From: Anaerovoracaceae bacterium
Lineage (GTDB): Bacteria > Bacillota > Clostridia > Peptostreptococcales > Anaerovoracaceae
NCBI GenBank assembly: GCA_034003765.1
Contig: JAVEXZ010000005.1
Span: 32,981 to 96,980, forward strand
Reading direction: 5' to 3'
DNA: 64,000 nucleotides
Each line of letters begins with the position of its first letter. The stretch's first letter is position 1. Under the pieces are notes generated by a model. That model ran no database searches, was not told where the DNA came from, and was given only the letters and a program-made list of their open reading frames with translations. A program made the translations under genes and the position numbers. This document shows positions 41,403 to 49,953 of this stretch, piece after piece.

Positions 41403-42863
41403 ATGGCATTTGGCTTATTTAAGAAAAACGAAGCGGCTGACCTTATTTTAATTAACGGAACCATAAGGACCTTGCTTGTAGATGATCCAGAGGTTCAATC
41501 ATTGGCTGTGAGAGATGGTAAAATTGTGGCAATGGGGAATCAAGAGGAAATTCTTGCAGACCTTGAAGATGACCAAACAGAACTTATTGATTTAGAAGGT
41601 GGAGTGGCCCTTCCTGGTTTCATACTAATGCGAGAAAATCTAGTTATGGACTGTTTTCAAGGCCTTTGTTACTTCATAGATGAATCTTGGAATTTAGAGA
41701 CACTCAAGGAATCACTAAAAGAAGAACTAAAAAAGAGAGACCATATCTTTGGTTATGGATATCACCCAAGAGTTGTTTCCGATTTAGGGCCAGAGGAGAT
41801 GAGGGCTGTATTAGACGATGTTACTACAGAAAAGCCCTTGGTTCTTCTTTCCTCGGGAGGTTTTCAGGTGTGGCTTAATTCATTTGCCTTAGAACAGGTA
41901 AAGGCAGTAGCTGAAGAAGAAGGGGTTGCTCAAATAACCTTGCCATACATAGTAGGGGTCTTAGAGCTTTTAGACTTTGAAAGTCTGCAAGAGAAAATCT
42001 TAGACCAAGCTAAACATTATTGTCAGGAAGGGGTAACTAGCCTATTTGACCTGGGAACTCCTGATTACTTTCAAAGCCTATACCAAGAGGCCCTAGTGGG
42101 GTTTTATCAAGAAGGGTTTTTGAAACAAAGATTTTATGGGTCCCTCCTAATTAATAGAGAGGTAGATCCCAACGGTCTGGCTCAAAAATTAATGCAGAAT
42201 AGAACCCTTTGTGCAGAGCTTGAAGGCTTCATTAACTTTAACCTGCTTCACCTTTTAGTGAAAGAAGATAAAGAGCCTGGCCTTGGGTTATCAAAAGAGG
42301 GACTTCATGACCTGGTAATTGCTGCATCTGAGAGGGATTTTGACCTTTATGTAGAAACCCTTGGCTCAGAATCTCTTAGGCAAACCCTAGAGGTTTTTGA
42401 TGAAGTTAGAGGATCTGGCTATCGAAAGAATATCTTAATGCTGGCAACAGAAGAAACAATTACTGATGGGATGAGGGATGAATTCATTTCACTAGAAGAC
42501 ACTCATGTGCACAATAAAGAAAAGACAGAATTTGATAAAAAGAAAACTATGGATACATATAGAGACGCTAAATCCATGGAGGAATATACAGATAAGATGA
42601 ACATAGAAGGGGGGATTCTTCTAGGTGAGGAAGATAAATTGGGCCCTCTTGACCTTGGCCACTATGGAGACTTTGCTATATTTGATGGAGATCCTTTCCA
42701 AGGAAATGCTAATGTGGTTATGACTATTTTAGGTGGGCAAGTAGTTTATGACCAGGAAGAGGACAAGAACTCTAATTGGTATATTGACTACCAAAGAACC
42801 CACTTAGGTGAAGATGGCTTGGGAGACTTTCAAGAGATGGAAGACTATGAGGACGAGGAATAA
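41403..42863 (+). CDS. amidohydrolase-3-like protein lacking the HxH metal motif, with an acidic tail
   Basis: The N-terminus LILINGTIRT...VRDGKIVAMG...LPGFI and the C-terminus GDFAIFDGDPF...ILGGQVVYD fit the YtcJ-like family. However, PGFI is followed by LMRENL instead of DxHxH. Confidence 0.6.
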   Translation: MAFGLFKKNEAADLILINGTIRTLLVDDPEVQSLAVRDGKIVAMGNQEEILADLEDDQTELIDLEGGVALPGFILMRENLVMDCFQGLCYFIDESWNLETLKESLKEELKKRDHIFGYGYHPRVVSDLGPEEMRAVLDDVTTEKPLVLLSSGGFQVWLNSFALEQVKAVAEEEGVAQITLPYIVGVLELLDFESLQEKILDQAKHYCQEGVTSLFDLGTPDYFQSLYQEALVGFYQEGFLKQRFYGSLLINREVDPNGLAQKLMQNRTLCAELEGFINFNLLHLLVKEDKEPGLGLSKEGLHDLVIAASERDFDLYVETLGSESLRQTLEVFDEVRGSGYRKNILMLATEETITDGMRDEFISLEDTHVHNKEKTEFDKKKTMDTYRDAKSMEEYTDKMNIEGGILLGEEDKLGPLDLGHYGDFAIFDGDPFQGNANVVMTILGGQVVYDQEEDKNSNWYIDYQRTHLGEDGLGDFQEMEDYEDEE

Positions 42864-43028
42864 GATATAGATTAAACGAGGCCTTAATGTGAAGATGACT
42901 TGGGAGATTTTCAAGAGATGGAAGACTATGAGGACGAGGAATAAGATATAGATTAAACGAGGCCTTAATGTTAAGATGACTTGGGAGATTTTGAAGATAT
43001 AGAATACTATGAGGTTGAGGAATAAGAT
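42810..43028. repeat. 81-bp tandem repeat x2.7 spanning the upstream gene's 3' end, the spacer and the alr RBS
   Basis: Copies start at 42810, 42891 and 42972. Copies 1 and 2 are nearly identical and copy 3 has diverged. Confidence 0.9.
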
Positions 43029-44174
43029 ATGCAAAAAATGATAAATCGGGGAGCCTGGGCAGAGATCAGCCTTGCTAGCTTAAGCCACAACATCCAGCAA
43101 ATCAAGGGACTGCTTAATGATGACCAGGAAATAGTGGGAATTATTAAGGCAGACGCCTATGGTCACGGGGCTATAAGGGTAGCGGAAACACTAGTGGAAA
43201 ATGGACTAGATTTTTTTGGTGTAGCCACTCTTAAAGAAGCTGTAGAATTAAGAGAGGGTGGAATAGACAATAGGATAATGATTTTGGGTTTAACTCAGAG
43301 CAAGGATTGGGATATAGTTCTAGACTACCAACTGATATCGGTTTTATGCGATTTGGATAATGGGAAGGCACTTTCTGACATGGCCGTGAAAAGAGGGAAG
43401 GAAGCAGAAATATTTATAGCCCTTGATACCGGCATGGGGAGGATAGGATATCTTGTAGAAGAAGATGCTGATCGGGCTCAGGCAATTGGAGAGATCCTAG
43501 AAATTAAAAAACTGCCGGGAATAAAAGTCCAAGGCCTCTTTTCTCATATGTCTAGTGCTGATGCAAGGGATAAAACATTTTCCCACAAACAGGAAAGTCT
43601 TTTTTTGACCTTTGAACAAGCCTGCAAGGAGGCGGGGCTTTCATTTCCTAGGAAAACCCTAGCAAACAGTGCTTCAACAATGGAAATTCCATCGGTCTAT
43701 TACGATATGGTTAGGCCAGGAATTATTCTCTACGGATGCTACCCTTCAGAAGAAGTTAACAAGAAGATCATCGATTTAGAACCAGTAATGTCTATAAAAG
43801 CAAATATCATCCAATTAAAAGAAGTGGGGCCAGGATTTTCTGTTGGATATGGAAGAAAATTCATAACCGAAAGAAGGAGTAAAATTGCCACCCTCCCATT
43901 AGGCTATGCAGACGGGCTTCCAAGACCCTACTCTCAAGTTGGAAAAGTAATAGTCCGAGGACAATTTGCCCCTATAGCTGGTAATATTTGTATGGACCAG
44001 TGTATGGTGGACGTGACTGATATTCCAGATGTAGCCCTGGGAGATGAAGTTGTTGTCATGGGAAAGCAAGGTAACCTATCAATTACAGCTCATGACATAG
44101 GCGAAGCTACTGGAACAATAAATTACGAAATTGTATGTGCCTTTGGCCAGCGTCTGGAAAAGCTGTATATCTAG
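43029..44174 (+). CDS. alr: alanine racemase
   Basis: It has the PLP-lysine motif GIIKADAYGHGA and a C-terminal domain with GYADG. Confidence 0.92.
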   Translation: MQKMINRGAWAEISLASLSHNIQQIKGLLNDDQEIVGIIKADAYGHGAIRVAETLVENGLDFFGVATLKEAVELREGGIDNRIMILGLTQSKDWDIVLDYQLISVLCDLDNGKALSDMAVKRGKEAEIFIALDTGMGRIGYLVEEDADRAQAIGEILEIKKLPGIKVQGLFSHMSSADARDKTFSHKQESLFLTFEQACKEAGLSFPRKTLANSASTMEIPSVYYDMVRPGIILYGCYPSEEVNKKIIDLEPVMSIKANIIQLKEVGPGFSVGYGRKFITERRSKIATLPLGYADGLPRPYSQVGKVIVRGQFAPIAGNICMDQCMVDVTDIPDVALGDEVVVMGKQGNLSITAHDIGEATGTINYEIVCAFGQRLEKLYI

Positions 44175-44265
44175 TGAAAAAAAACTTAAAAGGGATATCA
44201 TCGTCATTTACTGCCGCGGCTGGAGAAAATGTAACTACTAGAGAAAATAGGGTGGAACAAATTTA

Positions 44266-45180
44266 ATGGAAGAACAAAAAAAGAAAAGACTGGTAGGGTT
44301 TGCACTGATATTAACAGCAAGCTTATTAAACGGTGTAATTCCCTCCTTTACCCAAAAAATTCTTGCATTGGGCCTATCTTTGGAAACTATATTAACCTCA
44401 AGGTACCTAATGGGTGCTGCCTTAATCTGGATTTATATATTTGCAAAAGGGAAAACTTTCCGGGTGGAGAAATCCAACATTGCCTACATGCTTGCCCTGG
44501 GCTTTATGCTATTTGTCTGTACCAGCAGTTTGGGAGAAAGTTATAAATACCTACCCGGCGCTGTAGCTGTAATTATAGGGTTTTCCTATGTGGTTATAGT
44601 AGTAGTAATAGAGATACTAGTAGGAAGAGAAAAAGTAGAAACAAAGCGGGTTTTCTGCTTGCTTTTAGCGGTGGCAGGCCTTGGGATTGTAATTTGGCCC
44701 ATGGGGGATATGCCACACTTAAGAGCTCTGGGGATCTTGTTTGCTCTACTGGGTGCCTTCTTTTATGCAATGCAGACCCTGGGAATTGGGAGCAAAAGGA
44801 TGAAAGATATACAGGCAGAAGTAATAACAGGCTATATGAATCTCTTTATATTTGGAGCTAACCTCGCCCGTTGTTTGCTGGCAGGGAAACCTGTTTTTCC
44901 AGATACAATGGAACAATGGGGATGGATTTTTGTAATTGGAGCGGGGTCAGCCTTTATAGCACCCCTATTCTTCTGCATGGCTGTGAAGAAACTCGGCGGT
45001 AGCGATACAGCACTAACCAATACCACAGAGCCAGTTTTTGCATATTTTGCAGGTATCCTTATTATGGGGGATAAACTTTCATGGAATGCTACCCTAGGTG
45101 GAATATTGGTAGTAAGTTCTGTGTTCTTATTAAATCTACCTAAGAGAAAGAAAAAGGATCTTCGTCTATTCCAATGGTAA
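44266..45180 (+). CDS. EamA/DMT-family transporter
   Basis: It has about 10 predicted TM segments and a two-EamA-repeat organisation. Confidence 0.7.
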   Translation: MEEQKKKRLVGFALILTASLLNGVIPSFTQKILALGLSLETILTSRYLMGAALIWIYIFAKGKTFRVEKSNIAYMLALGFMLFVCTSSLGESYKYLPGAVAVIIGFSYVVIVVVIEILVGREKVETKRVFCLLLAVAGLGIVIWPMGDMPHLRALGILFALLGAFFYAMQTLGIGSKRMKDIQAEVITGYMNLFIFGANLARCLLAGKPVFPDTMEQWGWIFVIGAGSAFIAPLFFCMAVKKLGGSDTALTNTTEPVFAYFAGILIMGDKLSWNATLGGILVVSSVFLLNLPKRKKKDLRLFQW

Positions 45181-45282
45181 TATGCCGCCACAGGTTATAA
45201 CCCAATATTTAGAAGCACCAACAAAACAGTTAGAAAGTAATAATAACAAGATATATAAGATTTTGTGTAAAAGGAGAAATAG

Positions 45283-46425
45283 GTGAAAAAAGACTTAAGT
45301 ACTAACAGCCAAGAGGGGGGGACAACAGGGAATGAAGGAAAAATTCCCTCAAGCGACTTTAGCAATGAGAGAATATCCTCTGAGGCACCTATGATAAAAA
45401 TCAAAGAGCGGAATTATTTGATTGATAACTTAAAGGGAATCATGATTTGGGTTGTAGTTTGTACCCACTATCTTCATGCAGCTAAGGGTTTTACTACTGA
45501 TAGTTTAGCTGGAGCAACTTACCTGACTATGATTTCATGTGACATGATAATATTTATATTTGCTTCAGGATACTTCTCCAAAAATGTAGATAAGAGTAGA
45601 AAAAAATCTTTTAGAACATTCCTCTATCCCTATATTCTACTTTCCATTTTAATGTATGGAGTCAGATATTTAATATACGGCAATGCTAACTTAGATTTTA
45701 TGCTCCCATCTTTGGCCCTATGGTTTATGATAGTTCTTTTTTTCTATCGTTTTTTACTAAAAGATATGGTACGACTGGGGAAATTTCTTCTTCCCCTGAC
45801 CTTTGTGGTTTCAGTTGTGGCTGGATTTGTTCCCCAACTAGACAGCACCCTTGCCTTGGGAAGGGCTTTTGGTTTCCTACCCTTTTTCATCCTAGGCTAT
45901 TTATTTACAGCAGACCATATAGCAAAGATAAGAAGCATTCCTAAATGGATTGGTTGGATTGGGTTTATAGCTCTTTTAACTTACTCATTTATAATGGCAT
46001 TTAATAAGGTTTTACCTATGTCCACATGGTACCTAAAAATGCCTTATAGCTACTTAGGTTTTGACCCTTTAGAAGGAGCCCTAATTAGATCGGGCTTACT
46101 GGCAAGTGGTGTTCTTTGGCTGGTGGTGTTCTTGATAATAGTTCCAGATAAAAAAACTTGGTATACAAAGTTTGGGGTTAATTCAATGTCAGTGTATGCT
46201 CTTCACCTAACCTTAAGGCACCTTTTAGTTAAGATGGATACAGACTTTGGCGGTGGAGTATTTGCTACACTAGTACCTTTAGTTCTTGCACTTATAACTA
46301 CTTGGGTACTTTCAAGTGAACCAGTCTCCCGAACCTTCAATCTTTTTATGGACAGTGTATACGCAGTGATTACTTATCCTGTTAAGCGTGCAAAGGGTTT
46401 GTTGGCCTTGGATACTCCAAAATAA
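45283..46425 (+). CDS. acyltransferase-3 family membrane protein
   Basis: NYLIDNLKGIMIWVVVCTHY is typical of the Acyl_transf_3 N-terminus, and the protein is multi-TM. The GTG start has AAAGGAG upstream. Confidence 0.7.
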   Translation: MKKDLSTNSQEGGTTGNEGKIPSSDFSNERISSEAPMIKIKERNYLIDNLKGIMIWVVVCTHYLHAAKGFTTDSLAGATYLTMISCDMIIFIFASGYFSKNVDKSRKKSFRTFLYPYILLSILMYGVRYLIYGNANLDFMLPSLALWFMIVLFFYRFLLKDMVRLGKFLLPLTFVVSVVAGFVPQLDSTLALGRAFGFLPFFILGYLFTADHIAKIRSIPKWIGWIGFIALLTYSFIMAFNKVLPMSTWYLKMPYSYLGFDPLEGALIRSGLLASGVLWLVVFLIIVPDKKTWYTKFGVNSMSVYALHLTLRHLLVKMDTDFGGGVFATLVPLVLALITTWVLSSEPVSRTFNLFMDSVYAVITYPVKRAKGLLALDTPK

Positions 46426-46434
46426 TTTGATTGG

Positions 46435-47199
46435 TTAGGCTCCAAGGCTTGGTAAAGCACCAAAGGTGTCCTCTTTCCATTTAATCGAATCCAGATACTC
46501 TTCTAAGGAAAGATCTTTCTTGTAGATAACTTTTGCTGCACATGGTCCCACATATCTAAGGTGCCAAGGCTCATAGGTATATTTTGTAATATGAGTTTTA
46601 TTTTCTGGATATCTTACAATGAAACCATACTTCCATGAGTTTTCTTTGACCCATTTGCCTTCTGGCAACTCTCCAAACTTTTTAAGGAGAGCGTAATTTG
46701 CTCCCTTACTGCTTATATCTATAGCAAGTCCAGTTTGATGTTCACTCATTCCAGGAGGCGCGCTAAAAGTTTCTGTTTTTTCTCTACCGTATCTCTTAAC
46801 ATAGCCGTAAAATATCTGTTTTTGAGTATTATATGACCGATAACCGGATCTTGTAAAAAGACTGTGTCCTGCTTTTTTAGCATCTTTGAACATGGCTTCT
46901 AAAGCACTTGCTGCCACATCTCTTAGTTGATCTTTTCCCCTAACGCTGGGAAGGTTGACGACCCGTAAATCCTCAGGAACATAATCTGCTGGAAGAGAGT
47001 TTGATTTATTAACCAAAACCAAAATACTACCAGGATCTTCTACCTCACTTACTGTAGGACTTGCCGTGGCACCTGCCGTAGAACTTGCAGTGGCACCTGC
47101 CGTAAGTGCAGTTGCATCAGAAGAATAGGCCCAAGGATATAGAGTTGCCATTAGGAAAAACATAATTAAAATGGATAAAAATTTCTGGCCTATATTCAT
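46435..47199 (-). CDS. M15B (VanY-type) D-alanyl-D-alanine carboxypeptidase
   Basis: It has SGYRSYNTQ, SEHQTGLAIDI and EPWHLRYVG, plus a signal peptide and a short TAGATAS repeat. Confidence 0.88.
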   Translation of the reverse strand: MNIGQKFLSILIMFFLMATLYPWAYSSDATALTAGATASSTAGATASPTVSEVEDPGSILVLVNKSNSLPADYVPEDLRVVNLPSVRGKDQLRDVAASALEAMFKDAKKAGHSLFTRSGYRSYNTQKQIFYGYVKRYGREKTETFSAPPGMSEHQTGLAIDISSKGANYALLKKFGELPEGKWVKENSWKYGFIVRYPENKTHITKYTYEPWHLRYVGPCAAKVIYKKDLSLEEYLDSIKWKEDTFGALPSLGA

Positions 47200-47714
47200 G
47201 TATTCCCACCCTATCTTATAGTTTTTTTCTCACACATATTCAAACATTACACACTATCTTGTAGTCCTCAATTATAGCGGGTATTATCAAATGAGAGAAT
47301 TAATGGTCTGATATTGGGAATATGCCTAGAGGGGTTTGCATATGATCCCCTATAAATGAGACATAACCTTATGACTTATTATAGCAAAAAAACTTCGTAA
47401 TTCCCCTACTTGAAATGATATTCTAATTATAATTTCATCCACAGATTATTAAGGATAGTAGATCTTAGAAAACAATTAACTAGGGATACAAGTCATTAGT
47501 GAAACCAGTCATTAGGGATACCATTGTTAGGGAAGGCGGTCATTAGAAATATGAAAAGCGGATCTTATCTTAGTAAGTAAAAGCCCCTGCTTTAGCTATG
47601 GAGAGTGTTTATGCTTTAGCTATGTGGAGTGTCGATGGTTTACATTCAATCTAGTAGCTGATATACTTTAGTTATAAAATGAACCAATTAAATAGAGATT
47701 AGGAGGTCGGAAAA

Positions 47715-48611
47715 GTGATGCAAAGCTACAAAAAGAAATTACCCCTATTGGTAGGGGCACTTTTACTATCAATGGCTTTACTAGCTGCTGGCTTAGTTGC
47801 CTGCAAGGATAATACCCAGAAGCCAGAGATGACCGACAAAGAGAGAATAATGAGCTTAATGGAAAAGTCCTTCTTTTTTGAGGCGGCTCCCGAAGACTTG
47901 TATTTTGGGGAAGCCATAGAGGAATCCTTTACTGATCAAGAGGTAACCCTAAAATATCTTGGGGCATTTAGTGATGGTGAAGGAATATATTTATTTGTGG
48001 ACATAATTGACCAAGCGGGGATATTTTTTGCAGAACAGGATAGTCCCTATTACGCTTCAATAAATGAATATGATTTCTTTGAGAAAGCTGGATACACAGA
48101 TAGCAGAGTTTATGACGTTTTGGACTATAATACGGAAGAAAATACTGTAACGGTATGCTTTGAATACATAGGATTACTGGAAGAGGATAATATTTCTTTT
48201 CACATTTATTCAATGGGTGGAGATGTAAGCGGGACTAGGCCAGCCCTAACAGGTGATTGGGAAATAAAATTTGCTCTTACAGACTCTTTAGCAAAACCCC
48301 TGGAAGCCGATAAATTCCTTAACCATAATGGCTATGACTTTTTAGTGAAAAGAGCTGTTATATCACCAGTTAAGATTACCCTATTTGCGAAAAGAGAAGA
48401 TGTACCTAATGAAATGATGGGAATACAGCCAAAGGATTTAGACATAAAGCTTGTATATAAGAATGGTGAAAGCCTCGGTGTATCAGGAGATTCTGGTTAT
48501 GCCCACGTAAATCAAAAAGGCTATATGTTTAGAATAATTCATACCGCTAAGGATTATCAGGATATAGTTGGATTGGAAGTTAACGGGGTGCTTTTTCCTG
48601 TGGTAGAATAG
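47715..48611 (+). CDS. lipoprotein, unknown function
   Basis: It has a signal peptide with the lipobox GLVAC, and AGGAGG upstream. Confidence 0.55.
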   Translation: MMQSYKKKLPLLVGALLLSMALLAAGLVACKDNTQKPEMTDKERIMSLMEKSFFFEAAPEDLYFGEAIEESFTDQEVTLKYLGAFSDGEGIYLFVDIIDQAGIFFAEQDSPYYASINEYDFFEKAGYTDSRVYDVLDYNTEENTVTVCFEYIGLLEEDNISFHIYSMGGDVSGTRPALTGDWEIKFALTDSLAKPLEADKFLNHNGYDFLVKRAVISPVKITLFAKREDVPNEMMGIQPKDLDIKLVYKNGESLGVSGDSGYAHVNQKGYMFRIIHTAKDYQDIVGLEVNGVLFPVVE

Positions 48612-48836
48612 AATAATTGAAACCTAGAGAAGAACCGCCTACATTGAAGATATAAGAGATTGTTTTTTGTGGGTTTTTTTAGTGTACGGCAAACCCTTAG
48701 TAAATCTATATGTGGAGCTTTCAGTACGATTCAGTACGGTAATTATTATAAAGAATCAATCAGTTGAAGAGAGCATATTATTGTTGTAGGATGTAAAGAA
48801 TAGTTAATATCATAATATAATAGTTGAGGAATTTTG

Positions 48837-49421
48837 ATGAAAACATGTATATTAATGGCTAGTCCCAGGAAGTGGGGTAACACAGCTTCTCTTTTAGAGC
48901 CTTTTACTAATGAATTATCAATTTGTGGGATACAGCATAAAACAATTTACCTATACGATCAGGTGATATTACCCTGTATTGGCTGCAAGATATGCCAGGA
49001 TGATTGGGTAAATTTTGGGTGCCCGCTTGAAGATGATGTCCAAACAATATTTGATGAAATTCTTTCTTGCGATATGCTTGTGCTAGCCACACCAATTTAC
49101 GCATGGTACTGTACAGCGCCTATGAAAGCCCTTCTTGACCGGCTAGCCTATGGAATGAATAAGTACTATGGTAATGAAAAAGGCCCATCCCTTTGGTCAG
49201 GAAAGAAGTTGAGCATGATAACAACTTGTGGTTACCCTCCAGAAAAAGGCTCGGACATATTTCAAGTAGGAATAGAGCGATATTGTAAGCATTCACAGCT
49301 TATATTTTCAGGAGTCATTTCAGAACATGATAGGGGAAGCCAAGTGCCTTTTATGGATGAGGAAAAAGAAAGAGGTGTTCGAAATCTAGCCAGGTCTTTT
49401 AATATGGCACTCCCGAGATGA
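48837..49421 (+). CDS. flavodoxin-like NAD(P)H-dependent FMN reductase family protein
   Basis: It has ILMASPRKWGNTASL, CIGCKICQ and LVLATPIYAWY. Its last 6 codons and stop lie inside tRNA-fragment copy A. Confidence 0.7.
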   Translation: MKTCILMASPRKWGNTASLLEPFTNELSICGIQHKTIYLYDQVILPCIGCKICQDDWVNFGCPLEDDVQTIFDEILSCDMLVLATPIYAWYCTAPMKALLDRLAYGMNKYYGNEKGPSLWSGKKLSMITTCGYPPEKGSDIFQVGIERYCKHSQLIFSGVISEHDRGSQVPFMDEEKERGVRNLARSFNMALPR

Positions 49422-49432
49422 TTCGAACATCC
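49405..49432 (-). repeat. copy A of the tRNA-Arg 3' end (T-arm half + acceptor + CCA), 28/28 identical
   Basis: TGGCACTCCCGAGATGATTCGAACATCC equals 49840-49867. Confidence 0.9.
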
Positions 49433-49647
49433 TCCGGCACGCTAGGCGTGCTCCATAGGGGGCTCTGCCCCCTCTTGGCGACTCCTTTGGAGTCTGTCAC
49501 CCCCGAAGTAGTGATCCGTTACATATTTATTATGGGTTGTAACTCAAATGGGGAAGAGCTTCTTCCCCAAGCCCTATCTCGTCGGATGTTCGAACACCCA
49601 GAACACAAGAAAAATAACGAACCACCTACGGTGATTCGTTATTTTTA

Positions 49648-49675
49648 TGGCACTCCCGAGATGATTTAGCATCTG
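49648..49675 (-). repeat. copy B of the tRNA-Arg 3' end (19 nt identical, then degenerate T-arm)
   Basis: TGGCACTCCCGAGATGATT is followed by TAGCATCT. A hairpin precedes it, as at the real tRNA. Confidence 0.85.
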
Positions 49676-49800
49676 CTCACCTAGTTCGCATCTGCCGTCC
49701 TGCGCCCAAGCACAGGGCTTGGACCGTCTCCCTAAAAAGTATCCACGATACTTTTTTTAACACTCGACGCATTTTCATGTTCGAATCATCTCTTTAGGAC

Positions 49801-49835
49801 AATATAAAGGAAGAACCGCCTATGGCGATTCTTCC
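49801..49835 (-). terminator. terminator immediately downstream of tRNA-Arg
   Basis: On the minus strand, GGAAGAATCGCC-ATA-GGCGGTTCTTCC is followed by TTTATATT. Confidence 0.65.
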
Positions 49836-49839
49836 TTTA

Positions 49840-49915
49840 TGGCACTCCCGAGATGATTCGAACATCCGACGCACGGTTTAGGAAACCGACGCTCTATCCT
49901 CTGAGCTACGGGAGC
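49840..49915 (-). tRNA. tRNA-Arg (anticodon CCU), CCA encoded
   Basis: I folded a 76-nt cloverleaf by hand. The acceptor is GCUCCCG/CGGGAGU, the D stem GCUC/GAGC, the anticodon loop UUCCUAA, and the T arm GGAUG-UUCGAAU-CAUCU. Confidence 0.88.
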
Positions 49916-49953
49916 AAGTCACTTTGATATACTATCACAGGGGACTTGGGTTT

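Noticed and set aside
42804-43034. 76-aa minus-strand ORF across the 81-bp repeats.
   Set aside because: It is a repeat-derived reading frame antisense to a real gene end. There is no RBS.
49405-49600. tmRNA, a split tRNA, or a group I intron-containing tRNA-Arg pseudogene.
   Set aside because: No 5' acceptor strand (CUCCCG) or D-arm lies upstream on the minus strand. Similarity to the tRNA stops at the T-arm. The 3' end is GCCA, not the UCCACCA-type tmRNA end. I could identify no intron core elements.
49418-49669. 83-aa plus-strand ORF between the flavodoxin-like gene and the tRNA.
   Set aside because: It runs through the tRNA 3'-end fragments and the GC-rich hairpin block. It has no RBS and its composition is atypical for this genome.
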